A stretch of DNA of 57,053 nucleotides, the filler included, from Sphacelaria rigidula (lineage: Eukaryota), in assembly GCA_964200075.2 (NCBI GenBank). It is 7 parts of 7 records of this genome, joined end to end, with 100 filler letters (N's around TTAATTAATTAA, not from the genome) between each part and the next. Parts side by side here need not be neighbours in the genome. Positions count along the whole stretch, not along the records: positions 32,661 to 40,725 come from CAXNAA020012433.1; positions 40,826 to 48,889 come from CAXNAA020012434.1; positions 48,990 to 57,053 come from CAXNAA020012435.1; 4 more parts are not named here. One strand, written 5' to 3'. This document shows positions 38,217-50,687 of the stretch, in pieces. Position numbers and translations under genes: made by a program. The first letter of the stretch is position 1. Each line of letters begins with the position of its first letter. The notes beneath the pieces were generated by a model that saw only the letters and a program-made list of their open reading frames with translations, ran no database searches and was not told where the DNA came from.

Positions 38217-39083
38217 TTAATACGGACCAGCAAGATATTGGCGTAGCTAAGCAAGTAGTTTACATGTTGAGAGTCATCAATCTACCGGTGGACAGTACCG
38301 AATCCACATCCAAAAGGCGGGTGGAACAAAGCCCTACTGTTGTGGTTCACAGGGTCTCAGCAACTGAATCGCCCTACCCCTCACACGGAGCCGACACGCG
38401 AAGCGCAACACGCGAAGCGTATGTACAGCCAGCCGAAGCGGCAGCGATCATGCATGCCACACGTGCATGTCGCGTGCTGCAAAATAGCCGTCACCACGAT
38501 TGTTTTGTCTTCAACCCCTTTCGCGAAACGAGACATGCATCCGAGAGCCCTTGTTTCCATTATTTGTACAAGATAATGATTCAGTCCCGTCATGTTCTTG
38601 TCTATTGCGCGGTGTTGACACCGCCCTGAATAGATATAGATGACCATCGAGAGCGAGAGTTTACATCGGGTGTTAAAATTGGGGAAGCGGGGAGGCGGGA
38701 CCCCCTCATTTTGCTGTACTATTTTATTACGGTTACTGCCACTGAACTGTACGTATTAGTACGGTACTGGATAGGAGTATTGAACGGTATTCGGGGTCAT
38801 GACTTCAATTCAAACATTCAAACAGCGTTCGGGGCTGTTCGGGGTGATGAGAAAGTTTATCCGAGGGTCTTGATCGTTTCCTGCCGGGAGTGACTTACCC
38901 ACCCCATCTTCACCCCCACATTATCACTCACATCGTTCCCCTCACTTCAGCCCATTGCTCAACACAAACCCGAGATCTGCTTCTGCTCCAACTTGGACCA
39001 CCCGACCATCGCCTCCAAAATACAAGCAGGGTGTTGATAAGCAAATCACCGCCTGCGTCTTACCCGAAGTTTTCGAAACGAAA

Positions 39084-40725
39084 ATGGCCGTCTCATCAAG
39101 CGCAACCCTCTTGGCCGGGGTGACGGCGATGCTGGCTGCTGCGACTACGACTCAGGCGCTAACAGTCACGACGCCTTCGGAAGGCATGGTTGTGCCCTCT
39201 GGCAGGTGAGTCTTCTACCTCTTCAGTGAAAGCAACGCGTTGTTTTCATGAAGATATTTGATTTTTGTAGCCAAGTCAGGGGTGGTGCCTCTACTCGCGC
39301 TGTTGTCTGTACAGCAGCACTGTACTACCGTATTCGGCTCCTGTACCACTTTGTAACGAGTCTCAAGTTGCTGAACGCTCGGAGCCAAGAGGCTCTCAAA
39401 GGCTGTCAGCCAAACACCTTCGATCCCGTCGTCCTATCCATACATGTCGATTCTCAAGGCGTGTGCTGGTGTATCTGCTGTGTTCACTACTGGTTCATGC
39501 TAAAGCCGACTCTCACGTATGTGTTGGTACTACACAAAACAACAGTGTAGGACACTGCGATTGAGATTTCGAAGAACTGCCCTGGGGACAGACAACTTGG
39601 TGTTTTAGAAGGAGCAGCGTTGACCTTTTTATGCGCAACTTGTGGAAACAGCGTTGTCTATCTGAACTGAAGCGGTTACTTTCGTGACATGGCTGGCCAT
39701 CTCTCAATGGGGGTGTAGGTGGATACGCAAATTTGGTAGAGCTGCGTTTCTCATGCACCCTCGAGTTAAGGTCAACTGCATAACTTCTTTGCGTCGTGTA
39801 TTCTTTTTTGCAGTATATATCCTGTGGAGTGGACGGGCGCCTCGGCGGACGCGCGATTCGAGATCGACCTGACTTACTGCGGCTCCTACTCGTTCTGTTT
39901 TGATGTGAGTACAGCACAGTACTTACGAAATATCGTGCCATGATCGCTCATGTACTTCTTCTATCTTCACCTACATAATGGAGTCGTCGTGGTTGGTCAC
40001 ACGACCGGAGGATCGTAATCCGACCGCTGCAGACGCCCGGAACCGCGTACTCGTACCAACAGGGTTGAACCGGGACCCGGATTATGTCCGACCGTTCACG
40101 TGTCGGGATTCCTTGGGCGGTACGAATGAGTCGGATACTTGTCTTCACGGATCGAAAATGAATATATGCACCTACTTGTCTACTGACAGCAAGAGCAACA
40201 CGCGGGAGCCGGTCGTCTCTCCACCACTCTCTTTCCTATATACCTTACGATGCCCACACCCCTTGTTGCCGGAGTCTCCGCCCTGACGAAGGAAGGCACT
40301 CCGCCACCACCCGGCCGTCCCCCTCCCCCACCCGCCTTGCTCCACACCTAAAAGCCGAATGAGGCTGATTCACGTCGTTGGCTCCACTTTGTAATTTCGA
40401 ATCAAAATGCATGTATGATGGACCGGTTGGTCGAACATGAACCGGATACTACTTTCGTCGCTTCAATGACCGTCGTCCCTGCCTGTGCCCAGGACAACTG
40501 CGGCTTTCTCTTGGAAAGCTTGTGCCCAGATGAGGAGGCAGGATGCACCCAGGACGCGGATGGTGGCTACGACGTGATGATGCCAGAGCCGCTGGGAGGA
40601 GAGTCGGGCGGTGGCTACAGGGTGCGAATCGCGGAAATCGGGGGCGGCGTGGATTCGGTTCGATGCTCAGACGACTTTTTCTTGATGGCATCCACGGATG
40701 TTCCGATGACCGGCCAAGTGGGCGG
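39084..40725 (+). CDS. Secreted/cell-surface EsV-1-163-like protein (partial, runs into gap)
   Basis: Phase-consistent exons 39084-39205 (signal peptide MAVSSSATLLAGVTAMLAAATTTQA), 39814-39904 (IYPVEWTG...RFEIDLTYCGSY) and 40493-gap (DNCG...LCP...GC...GGYDVMMPEP...GYRVRI...CSDDFFLMAS). Pattern matches brown algal EsV-1-163 family repeats as remembered. Confidence 0.72.
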
Positions 40726-40964
40726 NNNNNNNNNNNNNNNNNNNNNNNNNNNNNNNNNNNNNNNNNNNNTTAATTAATTAANNNNNNNNNNNNNNNNNNN
40801 NNNNNNNNNNNNNNNNNNNNNNNNNAATCGGCACACGAACTCGCTCGCGATCGTCTGCGATCGCTTGCGGGGTAAGTGTTCGGTTGGGTTTCCTCCTTCC
40901 ATCAAGGAAAAAATAAAAGTGACTATTTCCGACCGTGCGATGAGACAGGACGCGCCAACCCTCG

Positions 40965-42044
40965 GGCAACACAGCAGAGCGATGCACTATCCGTTTGCTT
41001 CCCCAGTCTGTGGTGCCATGGACACCATGTCGAGTGATGGCTCTCTCGTGCTGTGGGCAGTCAATACCATACGCTAAAGCAGGCAGGCGTCGGCAGAAAC
41101 CCATTCCGTTGGCTCGGAACGTTTGGGCGAAGACATCAACTGTTAGTTCGAACCACCAGGAAGCCCGCGGTATATCCAAACAGATATCTCGACTCATTGC
41201 CTTCAACACAAAGTCGGAAACACAAGAACCACGAAAAACAGGCTCGGCATGACGCGTACAAGAACCGAGGCCCCCAACTTACCGACAGCGTTCAAGCGGT
41301 ATCGAATGCTGGAATTCCCGCTCTTTGCCGCGTCTTGTTTCAGTGAGTCCGAGAGGAGCTCACGGGGGATCGTCAGCTCGATCGGGTAGCTGTTTGTCGA
41401 GTATTCATTGCAAAGGAATGGACAGCGGCGCGTTCCGGTAGGGTCAGTGCAAATCACACGCATTTCGAAAACAAACACCGCGGGGGAATACACAAGTCCT
41501 TAGTTGACGCCTCTGCCCTGCTGATGATTCACGAACCGTCGAAGTATAATTATTTGGCCCCTTAGAAATTGATTTTTGCCTGGGGCGAAACACCACAATA
41601 TCGTGACTACGCACCTTCGGCATTTTCCAGCCCATTGTGGGGAGCCATCTCCCCATCTGTCGTGCAGCTCAGGCCCCGTCATGCGTGTCTTGGTGAATCT
41701 AGATACGGCTACCGCAGCAATCGTGACTTGACAAAAATATCCAAGGAATGACAAGGTACCGCCGCACTTATGCTCTGTTGATTTCTCCGTTTCCATCCTG
41801 ATCCATCGTGACGTGGCATCCTACACTCCGGAAGATCGCCCCCCAACACTCAAGTGGGTGTGGATTCGCGAGAGTGCATGTACGAGTTGCGCGGAATGTG
41901 GCCAACCGGGGAGTAGTCTCACCTTATGGCATCCACCCGTTCGAAAGCATAGCGAGAATCTTTGATGAAGCCGTGCCGTTGGAGGTGGAGCGTCAGGATT
42001 GGCGGCAGTTTCTCGAGCTGCACCACACGCCTCACGGGCAGCCC
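40965..42044 (-). CDS. Ubiquitin-specific protease-like (peptidase C19) C-terminal exons; possibly inactive or decayed
   Basis: Exon 42044-41923 (VRRVVQLEKLPPILTLHLQRHGF...FERVDAI) splices in phase to 41389-41283 (SYPIELTIPRELLS...IRYRLNAV), matching USP LPxxLxLHLKRF, FPxxL and YxLxAV boxes. Upstream exons unresolved (CDRC at about 42590-42605). Confidence 0.6.
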
Positions 42045-43619
42045 CTGCAAAGCAAATAATACAAAGAAAACACGCGAATGCCAGAGTGCGATAACGTGCA
42101 TCAAGGATAATAGCAGGCATACAATGTCCCCCACTGGTTGATTTTGTCGACTGAAGGATCTTTGTCCTGGAGTACATCAGCTAATCCATTTCACATCCAG
42201 CCATGACCTCAAGATGTGCGTAACCAAGATAATGAGCGCGGAAGGCACTCGCGACGGAGCGGTAGGTGATACATGGGCGTTGGTACGCCTGTGTTGCGAC
42301 GGCGCTGTATGCATATGCCTCAGCACGAAACAGCTGGAAACGACTTGGCGGGTAACCGCGGCTCTCCGAAGGCGGTAGCTCCTTCCCTGCTTCGCGTTCT
42401 GCCGTCAACTAGAGGGCCCATTTCGTCTCAAGCGCGCTTCAGCGCGCTTCTGCCCACACGAGCACGAGCCCACTCTTGTGTACATCTTGGGCAAGATAAG
42501 ATGAAGGACACTCACACACACTTCACCTCCCGAAACTCAAAGACGCAAACGCTATCCCATGAGATCTCGTCAGCTCTTGGACAAAGATACGCCGCAGCGA
42601 TCACAACAACCAGCGGCGCCTCCGCATAGCAGGACACATGGTGGAAAATGTTTACACGCACCTATTCTTTGCATCTATCCAGTACGCACCATGAGACACA
42701 AGAAATCGAGACACCCATGCACCACGACGCCCAGTGCTCGGCACTACGATCAGCAAATGTCCATGCCTAGTCTGTGCTTAGCGGATGCCTCATGACCGTC
42801 TCACCAAACGTGACGGTGGCGAGCTGCAGCGGCTGTCTCGCACCACGTTGTTCGACGTCATGTCAAGGGTCTTCTTTGTGGTATTGCCCGCACTGCTTTG
42901 GCATACTTGAAGCGTGTATTTTCGTTTTGGCTTTCGTTTCCACGGACGCTTCCATTGCCGTTCCTTCTCTTCTCCTTCTACGCGGCCGTCCTGGTATAGA
43001 GTGTTTCCGTTACTGTATCCTCGTTACGTTACGTTACGTTACGTCACGTCACGCCTGTTCGGAGTCAGTCCACGACTGGAACGTACCGAGCCAGGTGATA
43101 CGACACAAGACACCGATAAAGTTCCATGACAGCATGTCACGGCGATGGATCTCCTCCAGGTGCTTACGTAATGACTGACTACCTCCAATACATCACAGAA
43201 AGTCGGGTAGGAGCACGACAGATGGAGCACGACAGATGGACGGCCAGGAAGTCAATCACGCACACATCTCAACCGACCCCTCATGTATCGAAGCCGGCGC
43301 CTGTGTGACAAACACTAGCGCAGTCACCCTGCGCTACTCGTATCAACATCGCCTTCAGCGCGACCGTGCGCCATCCCGAGGTCGAGTTGAGGCGCTCCCG
43401 GTAGCAATACAGTACATGGCTGGATTTCGAGGGTCCAGGTCCCGGACCCTGGGCGAATGTTTTGGCTCTCTCCCTGGTTCAAAACACGAACAAAATCCAC
43501 CACTGCAGTAGATAGCATTCAGCACTACCACCTTCCAGCAAGCCGGCCCAGATCGACCGCCACCACGAGGGCAACCTCCCCGACATCACCCACCCTCCTG
43601 CAAGAGCTCCCCACAGCTC

Positions 43620-46570
43620 CATGCTAGTCCCTCATTCCAGTCAATGTACCATGCAAACAAGTACCGCAGTTTACTCACCACATAAGATGATCGTGGGGAT
43701 ATCTCATCCTCAACATAGACTTGCGGAAATGCAAATCCGCCACATTGCTCCCACAACCGGGGAACTTGTCACACATAGCGTTCTGGGTGGCAACTATATG
43801 AGTTCTGTTCTCTATTGCTTTGCCACAGGGCAACTCTGTGCATCTACTTCCTCCTCCTCTCGACTGCTGGTACGGGTGTATATCTTTTTTCCCTCTGGCG
43901 GGTTCGAGTCGCCCAGCCGAAATCTCAGTTTCAAATATGTCGCCGCGTCCATCGGGCCACGCAGATATTCGTTCATCACTACCCCCTCTATCAATCCCTC
44001 GTCTATCTTCAGGTACTCTTCCTCGTCTACTTTGTGTCTGAGCGCTCTTTTTCTCCGTATTTCTCCCGTGTCTCTTACTTTTGTCTTGTACCCCGCATCT
44101 TCTTCATCTATGGACAGTATCTCGTCTTGGTTTCCTCCCATTTCCTTCCTTACATTCTCGACTTCTCCACCCCACCTTATTCCCGCCTTCCCTTTCGTTA
44201 CTTTCCTCCATACAGCCCTATCAACCATGGATGGCAAGCTGTTTCTCTGCATGTTCTTTACGCTGTATCACCACCCCAATGCCATCATGTCTCCGTTTGG
44301 TTGGGTTGGGTACATTCCCCACTCTGCTCTCAATGGTTTACTGTTACTCGTCGTTTTCGAGCACACGAGCAGCTCTTTAGCTCCTGCCATCTGTAATGTT
44401 TGCAACTTCTTCACCAACTCCAATATTCCAGCTTTGGTACATTGGTACGTTCATCAGGATACATCTCTTAGTCCTAGTGTCTAGGTGCGAGTCTCTGAGG
44501 ACCACGTCCATCCTGCCTATCTGTGCCTCACCGTTTTCAATTACTTTATTCATGTGCCAATCCCAGGAACACTTTTTTCAGATCTCCACGCCAAGGTATG
44601 TATACTGGTCTACGATCGGCAGTTCCTCTTTTCCCCACTTCTATTTGGTGTCTACCGGATTTTTCTCAACTTCGATACATGCGAGTACCGAGCATTTGTG
44701 AGCGTTCGCTGTCGTTCCCTTTTTCCTAGTGTGTTCCACTCGATTGATCGAATGATTGATTGTCGCACTTTCACTCACCCCCCAGGGATCCGGCCGTGGT
44801 CACATGGTACAAGTACCCAAGACGAAACAATACTGAAACACTCGTTATAAAAAAAGAAGGAACAGAAGACGCCAAACAGAACGACATAGTAGACTGAGAC
44901 GTAAAAAACGTAATGGTCAAAAGTCGATAAAAGCAAAGCACAGAAAAGCGTGGTCGGTCGAAAACGAACATTGCCTTCCCCGTTTGTTCCTACCATCCTT
45001 CCGGTGCTCCTGAGATCCCCACAAAATCATTCGTGAACATAAATTCTGATATCATATCTTCACCCACCTTGACCCCTTGCTTTGCTACTCCTATTGCTAT
45101 TACCAGGCCATTCATAGATACCTTGAATAGAGTGGGTGGTGATATACTTCCTTGCGCAACTCCTTGTAAAATATCAAAATAGTCCGGTGTTTCCTCGTCT
45201 AGCATCCTGGCACTTTTGGCACATTCTGTCGTCTTCTTCACCATTCTCTACATCTTTCCTCTGATCCCAGTTTCCCACAACTTTTTCCACAGCCCATTTC
45301 TCCATCATACTGTGTCATAAGCCGTTTGCACGTCCAGAAAGAAACAGTAAGTCGTCAGCCCGGTGTCTTTCCTAGCCTGAATAATCTTACCTAGTGTGTA
45401 CACATGGTCTACGCAAGTACGGTTGGGTCTGAAACCTGCTTGCCCCTGGCTGATGTTTCTTCTTTTTCTAGCATCGTTCCTTCTCTATCGTTCAGAGTCT
45501 TACAGAACGTTTTTCCTACGGTGCTCAGCGGCGTTATCCCTCTGTAATTTCCGGGGTCAGCCTTGTCTCATTTGCTGACAAGGTTCACCACTACTCTTCT
45601 CCACCTCTTGGCTGCGTACTCGTTTCCCAGATGCGGTTATACAGCACGATCGTCGTGGTAATCATTTCCTCTCCCCGGTACTAAAGAAACTCATTCATCA
45701 TGTCGTCTGCTCCTGCTGCCTTTATGTTCTCGAGTTTAGCTACGCACCCCTTTACTTCATATCTGGTGAACATTCCTCTGCAATTCTTTCGAGTCATTGT
45801 CCTTCCGTGTGGATGCCTCTACATTTGTTTTTGTCCACGCGTTGATTTCTTTTTCGAATTTCGTGTCGAACTTCGCGCTAGTTTTTGGTGTTCCTAGTTT
45901 GCGACAGTACTCTACTAGCCCTTCTCCCTTCCCCTTCGAACTACTGACCATTTTACCGCTATGCGCCCCCAGTGTGGCTGTCCTGTTGTCCATCTTTCTT
46001 GCCTGGCTTCCCATGATCGCTTTTATCCCTACCCACATCTGTTTCATCCCTCCATCGAAATCTTCATTCGTTTTCTTCACTACATCTTCCAACACTCCCT
46101 TCTTTTTCGTCTCTACCATCTTCTTTACTTCCTTTTTATACACCTTCCATCCTACCGTAGTTTTACTCGATATGCATCTATCGTGGGCCTCTCTCCTTAC
46201 CTTTATAGCATCCATGAACTCCTCATCCCACCATTTTACCGCTCTGTTGCATACGATCATTTTCTTCCGCATGACTTTTACTTGCTGTGTTCCTGACCAA
46301 CTGCTACCATCCTTCTATAATCTTCGCTCCCGCCCAATCTCTTTGCTGTTCGGTATCAACTGTATCTACGCGTTTCAGCAGGTCGGAGAATTTCGCTGCA
46401 TTCTTGGCATCTCTTTTGGGAAGTCTTGCTGGTTTTACTGCCATTTCTAGTCCATCGATTCTCCGCTTGTACGAATTCCTACCCCGCCTATTTATTTTAG
46501 CTCTCGTCTGCTGGTATATAGATGGTACCGGACGTGGGGGTGACGCTTCTCGACTTCACTTCTAGCTCGG
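43620..46570 (-). mobile_element. Decayed LINE (non-LTR retrotransposon) ORF2
   Basis: RT motifs GVAQGSISPPTLF and MFTNDFVG (FADD degenerate) at 44990-45244, YTYLGVEI near 44580-44605, KWWDEE upstream (45757-46272); many stops and frameshifts. Boundaries approximate. Confidence 0.88.
44741..44968 (-). mobile_element. 5'-truncated non-LTR fragment nested in the LINE RT domain
   Basis: Interrupts the LINE reading between EQTGKAM and VEHTRK; homologous to 25095-25320; (CAAT)n tail. Confidence 0.7.
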
Positions 46571-48834
46571 TAAGAAAGCCGAGGACATCCCTGAGATGGT
46601 TCGTTCATAATCCACAAGAAACACTCGTGTGAAGTAGGGTTAGTGACATCTGCAAACAGCTAGTGGGCAGATTTCATCGTCGTCAAGTCCAGCTTTGACA
46701 CACGTGCACGACGGAGTGCTATACCACAGAGCGACGGTACATGTGTACAGGGAGATGCACCTGGGCATCCACTACACGTCCCGCCCTCGGTACTCTCTCT
46801 GCGTTGTTCGCTGTGCGCCAAATGGAGTAAAACACGTGGATATATATATACATGCATGCAAACCATCACAAAGTGCCATCATGAGCAACCACGGGATTGA
46901 CTCAGCATTGCTCGATTTGGGATGTAGAGGTACAAGTGACGCCTAGTGTCTGCGCTCGTTGCACTAGGGTCGAGACTCATCACGACTTGGGTGCGTTTTT
47001 TCTATCTTGCGAGCTACGCTAGGTTGCAAATAGTCACAAATCCCTTTGTTATCAGGAGGACAATCCGAAAATACCCGCCCATCCTTCACGATCGACAGCA
47101 CAGGGCGTCGCCGTACCAAACTCCTTTTTGCCCCCCCCTGCCCCAAAACAAAACATCCACACCACGGAACGTTCGGCACGTGTCACCAATGGAGTACATC
47201 GATTGCAACTTTACCGACCAATTTCGCTCAATCTTGCCAAGCTGGGGGGCGGGATCTAGATTCTACCCCGTCATCAACTCAGGCATACCTTGGAGCATGT
47301 TCCCACGCTTTCCACTCGGACCAGCTCCTTCAGCTTCTCCTCTACACTATTTGGGCCGATGACCGGCAACTGCGGTGGGTCCAACAAAACAGTTGACGGG
47401 TTGAATGGACAGTAGAGGAAGCAGGGACGGCGGAGTTGGGGGCATAAGACCATGTACAGTATCCACGGCGTGTTGGTCTGCACCTATGCACGACATATGC
47501 GCGGGGCGGCAATACTTCTCAGCATCGATGCCATCATGTTCAACAGTTGCATCGAAGAAAAATGTCGGAAATTTCTCCCTCGCCTCGACATGATAGCTCA
47601 ATTTTATCGACCAAACCTCGTCCGACCAAAGCGCAGGTGAGCGCCAAGACTATTTAGTGTTCACGTGTGCGATCATTCTCACATCCCAACACTGGTCTCG
47701 AGACTGTCATGTAGCCCCCCGGCTCAACCTACCTCCCGCTCATGGCAGCGTGCGTACGGAGGGGCACGCGTGTTGATGATGCGTTCAATGCGGGAAGGGG
47801 GACCCACGCGTGGGAGCGAATGCATCCTACCGCTCTGCAAGAATAATGCGAGAATAATGCAAGAAAAACGAAGCAAAGCCGCAATCCTCGGGCAAAAACA
47901 GACGACGTCATCGACGCGCAATAAAGGTTGGGGATGACACTACCGCCTGAACGACGTGAGAATCGGGACAGGGGAAACACCTTTCCTCCCCGCGCTGTCG
48001 GCACGCCGGGACAAGACAATGATGTCGGCAATCAGAGCTTCACAGAGCGTCGCTTGGCCCCTCTGAGCTCTGGCTCTCACACGGCTCGGCGTAAACCACG
48101 AACCAAGGTCAAACACGCTAGGCGTACGAGCTGGTCGGTCATAAAGCAGCACAGACCGGGTTGATTCCTGGTCGTTGATCTTTCAGAACAGCATCCCACT
48201 CTCCAGCCTGCAGTGCCCCCGATAATTTCACATGTGACTCATGCAAGTGGGGTCGGATTTGAAACAGCGGCGTCTGATCCACGTACAGGCTGGTTCACGC
48301 TTATCGCCCAAAATTCTGTCATCAGCAAATGCCTCTCGCAACACCTACCCAATAGTCGCATACATGATATCATACTGACCACGATGGACAGCTGAAGAGC
48401 GCGACATAGCCGGATATGTGTGCAAGGCCATAGCGGTAGCGCCAAGGGCGAAAAGGTATATCGACCAATCAGCGCCCGTCAGCTTGTTCCGAGATCAAAA
48501 CTACGAACTCCGAGCCCAATTTCACCCAATCTCCACATGCTTCGAATCGCGGGAACCGTCATCGACTCCGCAATCTAACGAAAAACAACATATTTTTAAA
48601 CGGCTACTACGGGGGTCGAATCATGACCGAAACCGTGATGTTTCGGTGATGTGGGCTGTTGGCGTCGTCGAATTTCCATTAATGATGCGCACGAAAGACC
48701 CAGGGAGCCTTGTGACGGTGTCCCCTATATCTGTCGTAGAAAAGCTCGGATCGCCCTCAAACTTGGCAGTTCCGTAAGTATTCCTGCTCAACATGGAAAA
48801 GAAAAAATCTGAACAATATTTCAAGGGTAGGTCG

Positions 48835-48889
48835 AGTAGAGTATGTACTTTTGAGTACTCGAGTAAAATACTCAAGTATTTACTCTACT
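48835..48889. repeat. Short palindromic GAGTA/TACTC cluster next to a gap, probably a transposon end
   Basis: AGTAGAGTA...TTGAGTACTCGAGTAAAATACTCAA...TACTCTACT. Confidence 0.55.
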
Positions 48890-49932
48890 NNNNNNNNNNN
48901 NNNNNNNNNNNNNNNNNNNNNNNNNNNNNNNNNTTAATTAATTAANNNNNNNNNNNNNNNNNNNNNNNNNNNNNNNNNNNNNNNNNNNNTTTTTTTTCTT
49001 TCTTTTTTTTTTTTTTTTTTTTTTCTTTTTTTTTTTTCTTATATGGGATTTACTAACCCCCCCCCCCCCCGAAAAGATTGCTCCGTCTCGAAAGGAATGC
49101 GTGGTCAATGGTCATACGACTGAGGCAAGCAACAAGTAAGTACGCCCCCCCCCCCCCCCGGAAACACCTAGGATTAATAAAATCGAGATAGGGCCTCGCA
49201 TTTTGGGGGGGGGGGGGCACTCCTGGTAGGGGTGCATTTTTTTCGCAAATTTTTTTCTGGTTCAGGGGCTCCAAACGCTTCTAGACGCACAAGAATTTTT
49301 AAATAAAAGATTGTTTAAGGATGGATGGTTGGATGGTTGATTTCTTTTTTTGAGCAAGGGAAAGACAATGGGTCAGGACATCCCCGTTTGCAGATTTATT
49401 CGGGATATCCTCAGCACATTGTGATCGTAATCCTGGCGTGCTCTCGCACATTTTCATGAGTCGTGTTTTGGATTAGATAAAGGGCTCTTCACAATTCTAA
49501 CCTCAGAAAATATTTGTGTACCCCTACCGCAGCATCACTCTTGACACGATTTCAAAGGTCGACTTATGGTAAATGATGGAGGGGTGGGGGCGATGTAGCT
49601 TGTAGCTTAAAGCTTGCCGGGCGAAAAGCCAAAGGCTGCACCACCCTGTGTCCAGAGGCTGCAATGACCCACTGCTGCACCACGTATCATGCGTGCACGT
49701 AGTGCGGACACGTTGTTTCGATAGGTGGTTGTGGGTGGCATTCAGACTCAATGATCGAAGAAAAGTCCAATTTTTCATTTAAAAACAATTTTTATAACTT
49801 CGAATATCCAAATTGTAGTCTTCTCCCTATGCTAGAAGGCGCGCCTTGTGAGGGGATACTGCCACAACGCCACAACAAGGACACGAAGGCGGCGCATAAC
49901 GTACGCATGTTTTCGCTGAAAAAGGCTTCAAA

Positions 49933-50051
49933 CCCTTTTGGAACCCGTTGACGATTTTTGTTATTGTGAATCGGCATCGTTTTCAGTCATTTTTCAAGTC
50001 AAAATGATGCCGATTTACGAAAACAAAAATCGTCAGTGGGTTCCAAAAGGG
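49933..50051. mobile_element. Second copy of the piggyBac-type MITE at 38077-38216
   Basis: CCCTTTTGGAACCC...GGGTTCCAAAAGGG; lacks the internal duplication and has no intact TTAA flanks. Confidence 0.88.
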
Positions 50052-50589
50052 CATAGAACAAGGGGGGAAAGCCTAACAATAATTAAAAAAAGACAGGGCT
50101 TAGTTTTTCTTCAAACGGGCTGACGGAGCTAATGCCTACTCGAAAGTTGAACTCTCCGATCGCCGATTGGATTATCTGGGTTTTCAGAGGAGCCTGAATT
50201 TCACTCTGGAGATACGGAGGTTCCTGCTTCTCGCGTTTATTCTTGTGTCTGTGTTTCCGTCGTTGGAGTAACACTCGGAGCTGAGGAGAGCTGCAGTGGT
50301 GGTAGCCGAGGAAATCTCGTTGTAGATGGGTGTAGTTGCAGGAGGAAAGTATCCGAAACTTGCGTCGTCTGAGTTTTATATATATTTTAGTAGCACATAG
50401 TATTCTTGCAGGCAACCAAAGCCCAGTTGGTGTGGGGATGGTGAGAACTGAGAGGGGGTGGGGCGTGCCCAAAACTCTGCACGACCCACTCCAAAACACC
50501 ACGAGAAGATGCACCGCACCTGGTCGTCACATTCTATCCGCGATGTCGACAGCTCCTGGCTACTCTATTCGTCCCCCAACCGTCCTTAA

Positions 50590-50687
50590 CCCTTATACCG
50601 CGAGATTAGTCTTTCTGGATCATGCACCTTTTTTTTCACTTGAAATTGATGCCGATTCAACAGAAGACTAACCTCGCGGTCTAAGGG
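50590..50687. mobile_element. piggyBac-type MITE, second family (98 bp) with TTAA target site duplication
   Basis: TTAA|CCCTTATACCGCGAGATTAGTCTT...AAGACTAACCTCGCGGTCTAAGGG|TTAA. Confidence 0.88.

Noticed and set aside
43621..44484. 287-aa plus-strand ORF (and 45797-46450)
   Set aside because: Antisense shadow of the LINE ORF2 on the minus strand.
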